Shown in pieces: positions 27,142 through 36,970 of a stretch of DNA of 64,000 nucleotides. A program made the position numbers and the translations under genes. Origin of the DNA: a virus (taxonomy: Duplodnaviria > Caudoviricetes); IMG/VR virus record IMGVR_UViG_3300005611_000007, positions 32,001-96,000 of that record; one strand, 5' to 3'. Position 1 is the first letter of the stretch. Each line of letters opens with the position of its first letter. Below the pieces are notes generated by a model. It made no database searches. It was given only the letters and a program-made list of their open reading frames with translations, and was not told the origin of the DNA.

Positions 27142-29070
27142 TTAAATAATTTCACATCCTCCAGCGGCGCAAGCCATTTCCTGCGCTCCAAGTGTTAGAT
27201 CAGTTGTCTCATAATTCTGTAGAAGAGCCCAATCCACATTCTTTGGCATCTTCTCTAGTAGTTGTTGATATTCGTTTTCAGTACAATCTTGATATGGTGC
27301 TTGACGATATGTGTGATCAGAAAATGGTAAGAATGATACACCGGACATATAATCAAAATTTTCATAACACCACGCACCAACCTCTAACCACTCATGTTCT
27401 TTGACAGAAATAGTTACAGAAGGTTTATGTTCACACCAAGCGTCTTGATAAGTCTTCCATAGTTCCAACTGTTCAATTGCAGACATATCAGTTCGAAACA
27501 CAGAACTATCCGGTGACTTCATTGGAAATGAAAACACATAAGTATGTTCTGGTTTCATTACATCATCTTCAACAGGAAAACCAACATCTCTCATCATGAT
27601 CGCCAGAGGGTCTTTTTTATCGCCACGCACCGTCCGTATATAGTAAGGATTATGTCGTGCATGAATGCCACTGGCAGCATCAACAAGTTGACTAACAGTG
27701 CCGCTAGGCTTAACACAAGTAACCGAAACTGACTGTGGGATACCAATTTTCTTAGACCACTCTTTGTTTGTTTCGATTGCGACGGTTTTAAGTTCCTGTA
27801 GAACTTGATGAGTCTTAATGTTGCCTTTCTTCTCACTCTTTCCATTTGTAAGATCATTGTCCATAATCCCTGTTAATGAAACACCCAAAAGACGTTCTTC
27901 TTCACAATTCTCTTTCCACTTCTTTGATAGATATCTAAAGTTTGTCAATGTTGACTGAAACGTTCCAAGAATAGTAGCAAGACGTACCTTTTCCTTTAGT
28001 GTTTCTAGACTATCTGTAGAACGAATCACAACTTCTGAAAGATTACAAAACTCACGGTCTCTCAGAATAATCTCTGAACATGGATTAGTACCAAACTCAT
28101 GATCTACATCTCTACGACCTGTCTTTGCTACCTGCTTCTTTGCAGATTCACGATTGAATAGTCCACGTTCACCAGACTTAGAATTATATAGGGATAACCA
28201 TTCTTCCATAAAGATACCGATATCAGGCTTCTCTGTATAACATGCTGAGTTATTTGAAAGTGCTCTTTGTGGATTTTGTTCCCACCACTGACCGGCTTTT
28301 GCGTGTCTCATACGATCATCAGATAGATTAGATAGTGAGATAAGAGCACTACGACGAACACCGCCTACAACTACAATCTCAGCAATCTTACATACGATAT
28401 CATGACATTCAAGCGAAGATAAACGACGACCAGCAGCTCCACGGAAAATTGAGGTTACAAACTTGAAAAGATCTTCAAGTGGTTCTGGACCAGATGCGCG
28501 CCCACCAAAAGTCTTTAATGGTGCTCCAGCCGGACGTATCTTAGAGGTATCCCAAGAAGGTACTTGACCCTGATAGAGAAGAGCAATAAGTTCCTTGAGT
28601 GCCTTTGCCCAACCAATCTTAGAATCTGCTACTGTGATTACTACATCCGAATCAAAGAAATCTTCGGCAACAATGGGGAGTTTAGTAACAAACTGACGTT
28701 CTACTGAGAATCCTACACCAGTACCATTCATAAGAATATACAATAATTCATCAAACGCTTGAACACGGTCAATCGCAAGATATGAACAGTTATAACCGGC
28801 AACATTCTCTTTCTTCAATGCTGGTCCAGCAGTCATAAGGCATCGCATAGAGGGCATTACCTTTTGATCTAATACAGCATCTTCTAGTTCGTCTCTATCC
28901 TTCTTACTTAACTTAAAATTATGTTTGTCTTGTAGATCTTCTTCAAAGAAATCAAAATAACGACCTACTGTCTCGGTCCAACTCTCACGTCTACCCTGAT
29001 CCCACATAAAACGTGAATAACGTGATAGATGAATAAACTGTTGATATTCGGTTGGAAGATGATTTTGCAT
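27142..29070 (-). CDS. nrdJ: class II (B12-dependent) ribonucleotide reductase
   Basis: YNC, VGGVRRSA, TNPCSEI, FCNL, KPSGT, C-terminal CAAGGCE. Confidence 0.92.
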   Translation of the reverse strand: MQNHLPTEYQQFIHLSRYSRFMWDQGRRESWTETVGRYFDFFEEDLQDKHNFKLSKKDRDELEDAVLDQKVMPSMRCLMTAGPALKKENVAGYNCSYLAIDRVQAFDELLYILMNGTGVGFSVERQFVTKLPIVAEDFFDSDVVITVADSKIGWAKALKELIALLYQGQVPSWDTSKIRPAGAPLKTFGGRASGPEPLEDLFKFVTSIFRGAAGRRLSSLECHDIVCKIAEIVVVGGVRRSALISLSNLSDDRMRHAKAGQWWEQNPQRALSNNSACYTEKPDIGIFMEEWLSLYNSKSGERGLFNRESAKKQVAKTGRRDVDHEFGTNPCSEIILRDREFCNLSEVVIRSTDSLETLKEKVRLATILGTFQSTLTNFRYLSKKWKENCEEERLLGVSLTGIMDNDLTNGKSEKKGNIKTHQVLQELKTVAIETNKEWSKKIGIPQSVSVTCVKPSGTVSQLVDAASGIHARHNPYYIRTVRGDKKDPLAIMMRDVGFPVEDDVMKPEHTYVFSFPMKSPDSSVFRTDMSAIEQLELWKTYQDAWCEHKPSVTISVKEHEWLEVGAWCYENFDYMSGVSFLPFSDHTYRQAPYQDCTENEYQQLLEKMPKNVDWALLQNYETTDLTLGAQEMACAAGGCEII

Positions 29071-29730
29071 TTAATTTCCCTCTAAAAATACGGTTGGAAA
29101 CTTCTCGGATAGTAGTTGCCAACAACTTTCTGCGATTAATCTGTGTTCTTTTTGGGTTCCATTACCCATACGAAGATCACAATAATGAATCCATGAACGC
29201 AATGAACCTTTCATATACATCGTAGACATTGTAAGACCTTCTGGTAAAATAGACCTTGCTACTTCTTTAGCAATACCCATATTCAATGCCCATTGATAAT
29301 CTTTCTTGGCCTGAACTAAGGCATTTGTCTGTATCAATTGCCATGCATCTCTAGTGTCTTTGTCTACACCTTCTATACTATTCTGTCTATTTTTATTATC
29401 TTGTAGTCTTGGTTCTCTCCATGTAAACTCCTGTGCTTGTGCGTATCTTTGACTAAACTCTTGAAAACTAAACGATCTATGACGAAGGATTTGTCTACCA
29501 ATATCTCTTGTACATTTAATCTCAATAGTCGCATCTACCATTTCAAATACTGACCAATGCGAATTTTTCTTACAATATTGTAAAAGTTTATTCGCAGTCT
29601 CATTATTCATCTGATTTTCGGGATTTGATACTCTAGCGCAATAAGCGATTAGTTCTTCTGAAGTCTCACATTGTTCAATCACTGGTTTTGTAATAGATAC
29701 CAATTTTGTACTATAATCAAAATATTTCAT
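29071..29730 (-). CDS. thyX: flavin-dependent thymidylate synthase
   Basis: RHRSFSFQEFSQRY. Confidence 0.95.
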   Translation of the reverse strand: MKYFDYSTKLVSITKPVIEQCETSEELIAYCARVSNPENQMNNETANKLLQYCKKNSHWSVFEMVDATIEIKCTRDIGRQILRHRSFSFQEFSQRYAQAQEFTWREPRLQDNKNRQNSIEGVDKDTRDAWQLIQTNALVQAKKDYQWALNMGIAKEVARSILPEGLTMSTMYMKGSLRSWIHYCDLRMGNGTQKEHRLIAESCWQLLSEKFPTVFLEGN

Positions 29731-29736
29731 AAAACC

Positions 29737-30225
29737 TCACTTAATAAATGTTAATGTTTTATATTGTCCATTGTACCAGAAAGTGATTTCGCTATGACTA
29801 TATATTTCTTCATTTACATAATCATACCTCGTATGAGGAGTGCATTGTTGTACATTCTGATATCCAACAACATCATTACTACTACCCATGTTTTTACCAA
29901 CTTGATTACCAGCTAAAGCACCAGCAACAGCACCACCACCTATAGCAACACTCTTTCCTGTACCCTTACCTACTGTAGATCCAAGTAATCCACCTGTTAC
30001 ACCACCAATGATAGTTCCTAAAATTGAAGAACCATCAGATGATTGTTGATTATTATATATCGGAACCTGCCTATCTGTACATACAGTTTCTACTTTAGGT
30101 ATCTCTCTTTGTTGGGTTTTATATATATCTTTAATTTTGATTTCTTCTGCGTTAACATTCATAGGAATAAGAATAGCCATAATTATGGCTATTGTAGCTA
30201 TAATTATATGTTTTTCGTTAAACAT
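29737..30225 (-). CDS. exported glycine-zipper 2TM protein
   Basis: signal peptide; GTIIGGVTGGLLG..GAVAGALAG. Confidence 0.8.
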   Translation of the reverse strand: MFNEKHIIIATIAIIMAILIPMNVNAEEIKIKDIYKTQQREIPKVETVCTDRQVPIYNNQQSSDGSSILGTIIGGVTGGLLGSTVGKGTGKSVAIGGGAVAGALAGNQVGKNMGSSNDVVGYQNVQQCTPHTRYDYVNEEIYSHSEITFWYNGQYKTLTFIK

Positions 30226-30320
30226 TATTTCCTCTTACGGTTTTTACTGGCATTCTTACGTTTGGTTGATCCAATTTTTCTACGACCTTTTCTTGGTCTA
30301 TTCTTATGTGGCCATGACAT
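30225..30320 (-). CDS. 31-aa very basic peptide (MSWPHKNRPRKGRRKIGSTKRKNASKNRKRK)
   Basis: TAATG coupling at both ends; GGAG SD. Confidence 0.6.
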   Translation of the reverse strand: MSWPHKNRPRKGRRKIGSTKRKNASKNRKRK

Positions 30321-31312
30321 TACACTTTTCTCCATTCATTAAATTTTAACATAGCACTTAGATCTGAATATGAGTTATTATATATAATTTTCTCGACACT
30401 GTATCCAGTCAAAACCATATCATTGATATCTTTACCATAGAGATTATTCGGCCAGATACAAACAGTATAATTGTTTCTTATCATTCTGTCAAGTAAATTA
30501 CAAATAGTTTTATTTCTAGGTTGATTATCAAAAACGTAAATAGTGTTTTTTGGTAAAATCTCCGTGGCTTTCTTCATGTCAGCACCACTGACAGCAACTG
30601 CATTAGACAAAAATAAACTATCAATAGGACCTTCTACACATACAACTTTTTTCTTTAAATTAATCCGTTCCAATCCATATATCATAGGTTCATCTTCACG
30701 AAGTCGAATAGTTATATATCTAAGAGGATTTTTATCAATCGCTCTCATAGTAAATCCTACTATATCATTATTTTTTGAATAAAATGGTAATACGATCCTA
30801 CCTTCGTTAGTCTTAATTCGATTCTTATATTTCTCTACTACCTCTGTAATTCTTGAGACATCATCAATATAGTAGATGTATTTTAATTTATAATCTGGTA
30901 GTTTTCTACTTTTACAATATAGTACTGCCGGATGATTTACATCTAGATTTGTGATATTTTCGATAAAATCTGGAAGGTCTTCGATACTTTTTGTTTCAAA
31001 TTTAGGTTTAAAATCGAAAGATTTTTTCTCAAATTTTTTTCCAAATTTTTCTAATTTATATTGTTGATATAGAGAAGAATCAAGTTTTTCTATCAACTTA
31101 TCTAATCCCATAGAAATTCCACAGTTATGACACTTCAACATCATACTGTTTTTATGTTGAAGAAGATAACCACGGGCTTTATTAGGATTAGAAGCCGAAT
31201 CACCACAAATAGGACAACGAAAATTAGCGACAAAGGGATTTGTCTGCTTAACTTTCCATTTATCTAATTTTGGCGAAATAAGACCTGCGTATTTTGTGTC
31301 AATCCAAATCAT
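30320..31312 (-). CDS. 61: DNA primase (T4 gp61)
   Basis: NFRCPICGDS..KARG, CHNC, EGPIDS, DNQPRN, KDIND. Confidence 0.93.
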   Translation of the reverse strand: MIWIDTKYAGLISPKLDKWKVKQTNPFVANFRCPICGDSASNPNKARGYLLQHKNSMMLKCHNCGISMGLDKLIEKLDSSLYQQYKLEKFGKKFEKKSFDFKPKFETKSIEDLPDFIENITNLDVNHPAVLYCKSRKLPDYKLKYIYYIDDVSRITEVVEKYKNRIKTNEGRIVLPFYSKNNDIVGFTMRAIDKNPLRYITIRLREDEPMIYGLERINLKKKVVCVEGPIDSLFLSNAVAVSGADMKKATEILPKNTIYVFDNQPRNKTICNLLDRMIRNNYTVCIWPNNLYGKDINDMVLTGYSVEKIIYNNSYSDLSAMLKFNEWRKV

Positions 31313-31333
31313 TCGTACCTCCAATATGATAGA

Positions 31334-31404
31334 AGTATACATGATAAAATTATTACTGTCAACTACATTTTTTAGTTGACAAAACGGTTGACAGACTGTA
31401 GAAT
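31334..31404. promoter_or_regulatory. back-to-back sigma70 promoters with palindromic -35 boxes
   Basis: minus TTGACA-17-TATACT toward primase; plus TTGACA(31376)-17-TAGAAT. Confidence 0.65.
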
Positions 31405-31416
31405 TATATTGTTAGC

Positions 31417-31824
31417 CTAGAATAATGAATCAATGATATTTACTTTGCTGAGTAAGAAACCAAGAGCAACAGCACCACCCATAACAATATATCTCCATTT
31501 CTCTAGTGCATCAACTCTTTTAGACATTTCATCAGCATGTATCTTTTGTTCTACTTGTAACTCTTTAATCTTTTCCAGAATAACTTGATAATGATCTGAA
31601 AGTTCTTCGTGTATTTCGTCTTTCATATCGGTTATTCTCTTGTGTACTATTTCTATTGCTTTTTCTTGTGTATCGATACGAGAGTCTTGTACAGCAATAA
31701 CTTTATTTAAATTATTACTAACCTCAGTAAGTTTATTGATAGTAATATCAAATCTATCTAAGATATTTTGAAATGTTACTAAATCTTTTTGAAGAATTTT
31801 TACTTCTGTTTCTAGGTTTGACAT
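31417..31824 (-). CDS. coiled-coil protein with C-terminal TM
   Basis: LEKWRYIVMGGAVALGFLL. Confidence 0.75.
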   Translation of the reverse strand: MSNLETEVKILQKDLVTFQNILDRFDITINKLTEVSNNLNKVIAVQDSRIDTQEKAIEIVHKRITDMKDEIHEELSDHYQVILEKIKELQVEQKIHADEMSKRVDALEKWRYIVMGGAVALGFLLSKVNIIDSLF

Positions 31825-31946
31825 TATTTAATACCGAGATTCATGCTAATAAATGCTCTGGGAAATAAACGCCAACGACTGAAATACTCAGGAGCAGACC
31901 ATAACCAATCAATTTTAGTCTTTGGTTTCTCCTGATTCTCTTCCAT
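31824..31946 (-). pseudogene. possibly truncated holin-like gene (40 aa)
   Basis: AGGAGG SD; WRLFPRAFISM recalls the start of a phage 2-TM family but the TM part is missing. Confidence 0.4.
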
Positions 31947-32091
31947 GGTGTCCTCCTAAACAGTTGCATACTCCGCAACCGCATTTTTCTGATTTATCTT
32001 TCATGCCTATACCGACATTTTCAATGCATACAGAATCATAACAGTGACACCTATGACCGCAGTCTTCACAATATCTAATCTCACCAATCAC
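31915..32091 (-). CDS. Cys-rich metallothionein-like peptide (58 aa)
   Basis: GTG start overlapping the upstream stop; CEDCGHRCHC..C..CGCGVCNC. Confidence 0.6.
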   Translation of the reverse strand: MIGEIRYCEDCGHRCHCYDSVCIENVGIGMKDKSEKCGCGVCNCLGGHHGRESGETKD

Positions 32092-32447
32092 TTCTTTGCT
32101 TCTTCTTTCTTGGGTTGATAATAGTCTTTATATGCTTTAATTACTGCATTTTGTTGTACTATATATCTTCTCATATCTGCGACACTTAGTGACAAGGCTT
32201 TATATCCATTGTCAGTAAGTGCAAAGAAAACCATATCCTGTCCACTTTTTTCTAAGTTACTAAAAACTTCATCCACATTCTCTTTTGTAATAATAACAAA
32301 CTCTACATTCTTACTCTGTACAGGTCTTGTTTCTTGTAAAACAAGTGATGGTCTCTCAACAATCTTGGGTTTAATCATCAGACGTTCTTTTATTTGAGAA
32401 CATCCTGCTAAGAGTGTTATGAGTATGAGTGCTAGTATTGATTTCAT
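32088..32447 (-). CDS. o-spanin-like lipoprotein
   Basis: lipobox LLAG|C; Y.ALSL...DMRRYI.QQ..VI.AY..YY. Confidence 0.7.
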   Translation of the reverse strand: MKSILALILITLLAGCSQIKERLMIKPKIVERPSLVLQETRPVQSKNVEFVIITKENVDEVFSNLEKSGQDMVFFALTDNGYKALSLSVADMRRYIVQQNAVIKAYKDYYQPKKEEAKK

Positions 32448-32448
32448 T

Positions 32449-33195
32449 TTAAGATTTAGGAAACAGATTAAATGGTGAGAAGTTAGAAGTGTATCTAGCG
32501 TCTCCAATGGTTAGACGGAACATCGCAATTTTGCCTTGGAAAACTCGAAAACTTGAAAGTCCCCATAAACCAATACGAAACGCGACCCAAGGAGATGCGC
32601 CGATATCAGTACTATTAGTTCCTGTTGCTTCTTGAACACCGTCAGCAAACAAACGGTAGGTAGTTCCAGAACGACTAAAGGCCCAATGATGATAGGCCCC
32701 GCTATTCCAAGTAACCCCGCTGGCACTAGAAGCTACACTGCCATCATTACAACCCATCTCTGCCGCCGGTGGATATGCATATGGTCCTAATGTAGTATCA
32801 TAGAACCAAGGAAAGTTAAGTGTCGAACCGTGATTGGCATCGACGGACGCACCTGTCATACAATTCAAGCCTGATGTTGTCCCCGTACATAAGGCAATTG
32901 TCTCAATACAGAAGTCACCTGTTCCGGGTTTTAGTCCAGCATCGTCTGAAAAAGTTAAGTAATATACTTGAGCTTCAGTTCCGAAATCCATTGCATATCC
33001 CGTTGGACTGGCAGCGTCCGAGACAATTGATACTGGTCCAGTATTAGTTACCGTCCGTGCTTTCGATGACTTATCGAGAATAGTTGCGTCACCATCTTCT
33101 GGCATTAATAAAAGTTCTACATTATTGAAGAGTGAATCTGTCTCACCACCCGCTGGAGGAGCAGTTCCAATTCCTAAATAAGATCTTGCTGTCAT
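32449..33195 (-). CDS. LamG/concanavalin-A lectin domain protein
   Basis: GDFCIE, HHWAFSRSG..LFADG, FRLTIG.ARYTSNF. Confidence 0.8.
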   Translation of the reverse strand: MTARSYLGIGTAPPAGGETDSLFNNVELLLMPEDGDATILDKSSKARTVTNTGPVSIVSDAASPTGYAMDFGTEAQVYYLTFSDDAGLKPGTGDFCIETIALCTGTTSGLNCMTGASVDANHGSTLNFPWFYDTTLGPYAYPPAAEMGCNDGSVASSASGVTWNSGAYHHWAFSRSGTTYRLFADGVQEATGTNSTDIGASPWVAFRIGLWGLSSFRVFQGKIAMFRLTIGDARYTSNFSPFNLFPKS

Positions 33196-33689
33196 TTAAC
33201 TGTCTTCCTTATATCTACTTTTTCTTCAGTCTTTGTTGGCAAACTACCAGGAACTAAATCTGGACATTGACCATTTACTTCATCTGGTAATGGTTTTGCT
33301 CCAGTGACCAATTCATTACATCTCAGAGCATCCTTTGTAGCTCTATTTATCTTTATGCTCCATTTGACTGGATCTTCTATTGCTTTTCTACCAATGTCAC
33401 GCGCTTTGCCGCTAGAGTCTGTATCAAACTTATTATTTAGATTAACTACATTCTGTTCAGCGGCAATTATCTTGGTATTCAACTCTTGTTGAATTTCAGC
33501 CATCTTTTGAATGTCTGCTTGCATTCTCTCCATTGTTACCTTTTGTTCTTCTGCTACTTCTAATGCGCGCTGAGTTTTTTGCTCTTGTGCTTCAAGTTTA
33601 GCTTCAAGCATTTGCGTATAGAAGTAACCACCGGCGCCTAATCCACCGATGATTAACAGAAGAATTAAAGGAACTAAGATACGAGACAT
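33192..33689 (-). CDS. i-spanin-like protein
   Basis: N-terminal TM, coiled coil, RC.EL.TGA..N.QCP. Confidence 0.7.
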   Translation of the reverse strand: MSRILVPLILLLIIGGLGAGGYFYTQMLEAKLEAQEQKTQRALEVAEEQKVTMERMQADIQKMAEIQQELNTKIIAAEQNVVNLNNKFDTDSSGKARDIGRKAIEDPVKWSIKINRATKDALRCNELVTGAKPLPDEVNGQCPDLVPGSLPTKTEEKVDIRKTVK

Positions 33690-33841
33690 TACGCACCAGC
33701 GCCTTTAACTTTGTTCTTAACCCATGCGATTGAACTAGAAACCCAAGCTGGTTGTGGTAATACGTTCCAACCTACTAATAGACCTACGACTAGCCAAAAC
33801 CAGCTAATGTGATCCAATACTGCTCCGATCCATTCTAGCAT
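33689..33841 (-). CDS. small membrane protein (50 aa)
   Basis: MLEWIGAVLDHISWFWLVVGLLVGWNVLPQP; AGGAG SD. Confidence 0.6.
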   Translation of the reverse strand: MLEWIGAVLDHISWFWLVVGLLVGWNVLPQPAWVSSSIAWVKNKVKGAGA

Positions 33842-33858
33842 TTCTTTCTCCTTTTTGT

Positions 33859-35427
33859 TTAGTCTTCAATCCAAGTTAATGCTGCTGTTGCCCTACTGAT
33901 AGCAGAAGGAGCCTTAATAGATATAACCATATAATTATTCGGTGGTATAATAACTCTTAATTTCTCAACGTCTATATTTCCATGACCATCGTTTGCGATT
34001 AAGAATTTATATACTGGTGTTTGTCCTGTTGTAGTAACTGTAGTGGCTGTCGAACTATATGAAGTTGAGAAGTCACTACCATTATTAGTCCAAACTAAAG
34101 TACCAGCAGTCGGCGCATTAAACCATAAAGTAACAGTAACTGGTTGACCACCAGCAGTAGTTGCAGCCGCACTGATTGTTCTTAACAATACCTCTCGCGT
34201 ATTTATCTTAGAGTTATTTATTACATTATTTCTTACCGCTAGAAGAACATGTTCTGAAGATGTACTAGTCATTCCAGAAGTTCTCGTATTACTTGCTGAA
34301 ACTGGCATACTAGATGGTGATATCAATCCTTCAATAGCACCCATCATAGAAGCACCAGTAACTACGATATTACTTCCACTACCACCAAGACTAGCTGCTA
34401 CATAACCTATTTTTAGTGATGGATTATCTACACTAACATCACTATTTAAATTAGCAAACTTCTTTTTATGGAAAATAATCATATTTCCATCTTCAGAGTT
34501 CTCGATAGCAAACCTTATCTCACCAGCTCCTAACCAGCGAAAGTTTATCTGATACACGTTTAGTTTTGTAGGATCTATAGTCATACCACTATAACCCGTA
34601 CCATCTAACTTATCTTCGCTGAAAGAAGACTGTGCGGTCCAGGTAGATGTATGTGCTACACCAGTTTGTTGTGTGGTATTAGTAACACTTATCGTGGCAG
34701 TGCTTGACATAGAGTAAGTACCACCCTTAGCACCTACTGACTTAGCAAGAAAACGAATACTAGTTGAATCAAACTCTACTATCCATGCATCATCAAATGC
34801 ACCTATCGCTTCCAATCCAACAACAAGAGATGCTATTCTAGTTCCAAGATCTCCACCAGATACTGTAACAGCAGCATAGGCAACCGAGTTCAATGTAACA
34901 GTAACATCACCTGCATCTAATGTTGTTACAGCAAAGTTTTCTATATGAGCTTTACCACCATTCTCTATTAAAATACCAAAGTCTTCGCCATTATAACCTA
35001 TCTGTATTGCTTGTTCTTGAGCAAAGAAACCAGCACGTTGTGTATAACCAGATACACCAGTAGTGAAAGCAGCAGTAAATCTTGCCAACGCTCCCTGACC
35101 TGGACGATATCTTACAACCTGTCTTGATCGAATAACTCCATATCCATATTGACTAGTTCCAGTAGAACATTGAAATAGAGTTTCTGTAGTGGTTGCCGAA
35201 CCACCAATAGCGTTATAAGTTTCAAACTTTCTTGATGGTAGACCGTATAAAGCATCTGCTTGAATGACTGGAGTTACGGGAATTGAAATTGGTTCATCGA
35301 AAGCACTCACTGATGTAGCACCGTCGTCTATAATATTACCATATCTGTCAGATCTCATCGCTACTTCAAAAGTAGTAGTATCTTGGCCTGATCTATAGAC
35401 TTGTGTATCTCTGCGCCACTGAGCCAT
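33859..35427 (-). CDS. putative virion structural protein
   Basis: Thr/Ser/Gly-rich beta protein in the late block. Confidence 0.65.
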   Translation of the reverse strand: MAQWRRDTQVYRSGQDTTTFEVAMRSDRYGNIIDDGATSVSAFDEPISIPVTPVIQADALYGLPSRKFETYNAIGGSATTTETLFQCSTGTSQYGYGVIRSRQVVRYRPGQGALARFTAAFTTGVSGYTQRAGFFAQEQAIQIGYNGEDFGILIENGGKAHIENFAVTTLDAGDVTVTLNSVAYAAVTVSGGDLGTRIASLVVGLEAIGAFDDAWIVEFDSTSIRFLAKSVGAKGGTYSMSSTATISVTNTTQQTGVAHTSTWTAQSSFSEDKLDGTGYSGMTIDPTKLNVYQINFRWLGAGEIRFAIENSEDGNMIIFHKKKFANLNSDVSVDNPSLKIGYVAASLGGSGSNIVVTGASMMGAIEGLISPSSMPVSASNTRTSGMTSTSSEHVLLAVRNNVINNSKINTREVLLRTISAAATTAGGQPVTVTLWFNAPTAGTLVWTNNGSDFSTSYSSTATTVTTTGQTPVYKFLIANDGHGNIDVEKLRVIIPPNNYMVISIKAPSAISRATAALTWIED

Positions 35428-35948
35428 CAGGCCTTCCTTATCATCGAATAGACTTTACGACCTACAGTATTTGCTTGTGCTTTATTTTTCTTTCTATATC
35501 TATCAATAACTTTTTTTCTCATTGGTGGATCTTCACCAGGACCAGCACCAGCAATATTGCCACCACCCACAGCATTAACAGGAGCATCTTCATTCATTAA
35601 ACTCAACAAAAGTTTCTTATTTTCGTTCTTAAACTCATAAAAATCACTTTCACTAATGTAAGTCACTCTCTTATCTTTAGGTTTATTCCCTTCTTTGATA
35701 AGAAATAGTGCTGCGGCAAATGTCGTAAACTTACTTTCTACTCCAACTTTAGATAGAAGTCTTTTGAGATTGAATATCAAACGATCATAATAAGTCATTG
35801 CGTTCTTCTCTTCTGAAGAAGACGCTTTCTTTAATTTCTTTCCTTTCTCATCAATCAGTCCTAACCGAAAAGCCTTAGTTTCGTTGAAAGGTGTTGACAA
35901 TCTTTTTATGAACTGATATACTAAAAATAAATCTACTGTCTGTGACAT
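35427..35948 (-). CDS. conserved T4-like late protein
   Basis: YQFIKRL.TPF..AF.LGLID.KG; LMNE|DAP.N tail. Confidence 0.7.
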   Translation of the reverse strand: MSQTVDLFLVYQFIKRLSTPFNETKAFRLGLIDEKGKKLKKASSSEEKNAMTYYDRLIFNLKRLLSKVGVESKFTTFAAALFLIKEGNKPKDKRVTYISESDFYEFKNENKKLLLSLMNEDAPVNAVGGGNIAGAGPGEDPPMRKKVIDRYRKKNKAQANTVGRKVYSMIRKA

Positions 35949-36328
35949 TAAATATTCCTTAATTTTTCTATCACATGTTCATCTAACTTAATATTAGATG
36001 TATAATATATATTATTATTTTCATCCAATATTTTTTTAGGCATTCTTCTTATTAAAATAAGAAATGGTGCAACATAAGATAGATACTTTTTCATTTTAAA
36101 GTAAATCATTCTAGTACACGCTTCATTTTCAAACACATTGTATAAAATGACAATATGATTAAGAATCAATCTTTCTTTTAATTCACCACCTTCAGCATGT
36201 CTTTTTATAAGTCTTTTCACATATTTTAATCTATTGAAATCTTCATAAAATTCTTCCATATCTACACAATTAGGATTATTATAATACTTAGCAGCATATA
36301 ATTCTAAATTCAGATCAGTTAAATTCAT
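35948..36328 (-). CDS. conserved T4-like protein
   Basis: YNNP.C...EF.ED..R.KY.KRL, RLILNH. Confidence 0.75.
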   Translation of the reverse strand: MNLTDLNLELYAAKYYNNPNCVDMEEFYEDFNRLKYVKRLIKRHAEGGELKERLILNHIVILYNVFENEACTRMIYFKMKKYLSYVAPFLILIRRMPKKILDENNNIYYTSNIKLDEHVIEKLRNI

Positions 36329-36960
36329 GTCATATAGATTACTGTATTTGCGATAACCGTTGAGACAAACAACATTGTTCCTATATAAAATTCCACCCAT
36401 GAATGTCCTAGTTTACCTCCAAATGGTGCATGTTCAGCGGGATTTAAATCCTTTAGATAAAACTTTTTATGTTCGACAACCCATAACAATGGTGCTAATA
36501 ATGCTAAGACAACACAAGGTAAAGCCATCATTGGATTGACAAAATACCATAGTGCGGCGGGAATTAAAAATTGAGCCATTCTCATATATAGACCAGCTAA
36601 GTCTCTACTAAATGAAGATTTTTCTGTAAAGAAAATATCTCTAATCTGCCAACCTAATTCATCGTCTGGTCTGTCATTACGGCCAAGATCCATTTGTCTG
36701 CCCCATCCAGTAGTTTGGGCAGCAAAGAATGCTAAAAATCCAATAACTGCTAAACTAGAACCAACAAGACCTAAATCTTGTTTGTTACAAATTATCGCCG
36801 TCATTGATAATAAAAGAAATAAAGGTGTGCCCAATAGAGTAAGGGGTCTGGATTTACCCAGAAACCCCCAACTCTGTTGATTGGGTATTGAACCGCCTCT
36901 ATATGACCAAGTAACAAATAACGGTAAAGCTAATAATAATGATAACAAATAATATGACAT
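36325..36960 (-). CDS. multi-pass membrane protein
   Basis: about 5-6 hydrophobic segments. Confidence 0.7.
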   Translation of the reverse strand: MSYYLLSLLLALPLFVTWSYRGGSIPNQQSWGFLGKSRPLTLLGTPLFLLLSMTAIICNKQDLGLVGSSLAVIGFLAFFAAQTTGWGRQMDLGRNDRPDDELGWQIRDIFFTEKSSFSRDLAGLYMRMAQFLIPAALWYFVNPMMALPCVVLALLAPLLWVVEHKKFYLKDLNPAEHAPFGGKLGHSWVEFYIGTMLFVSTVIANTVIYMT

Positions 36961-36970
36961 TTATTTCTCC

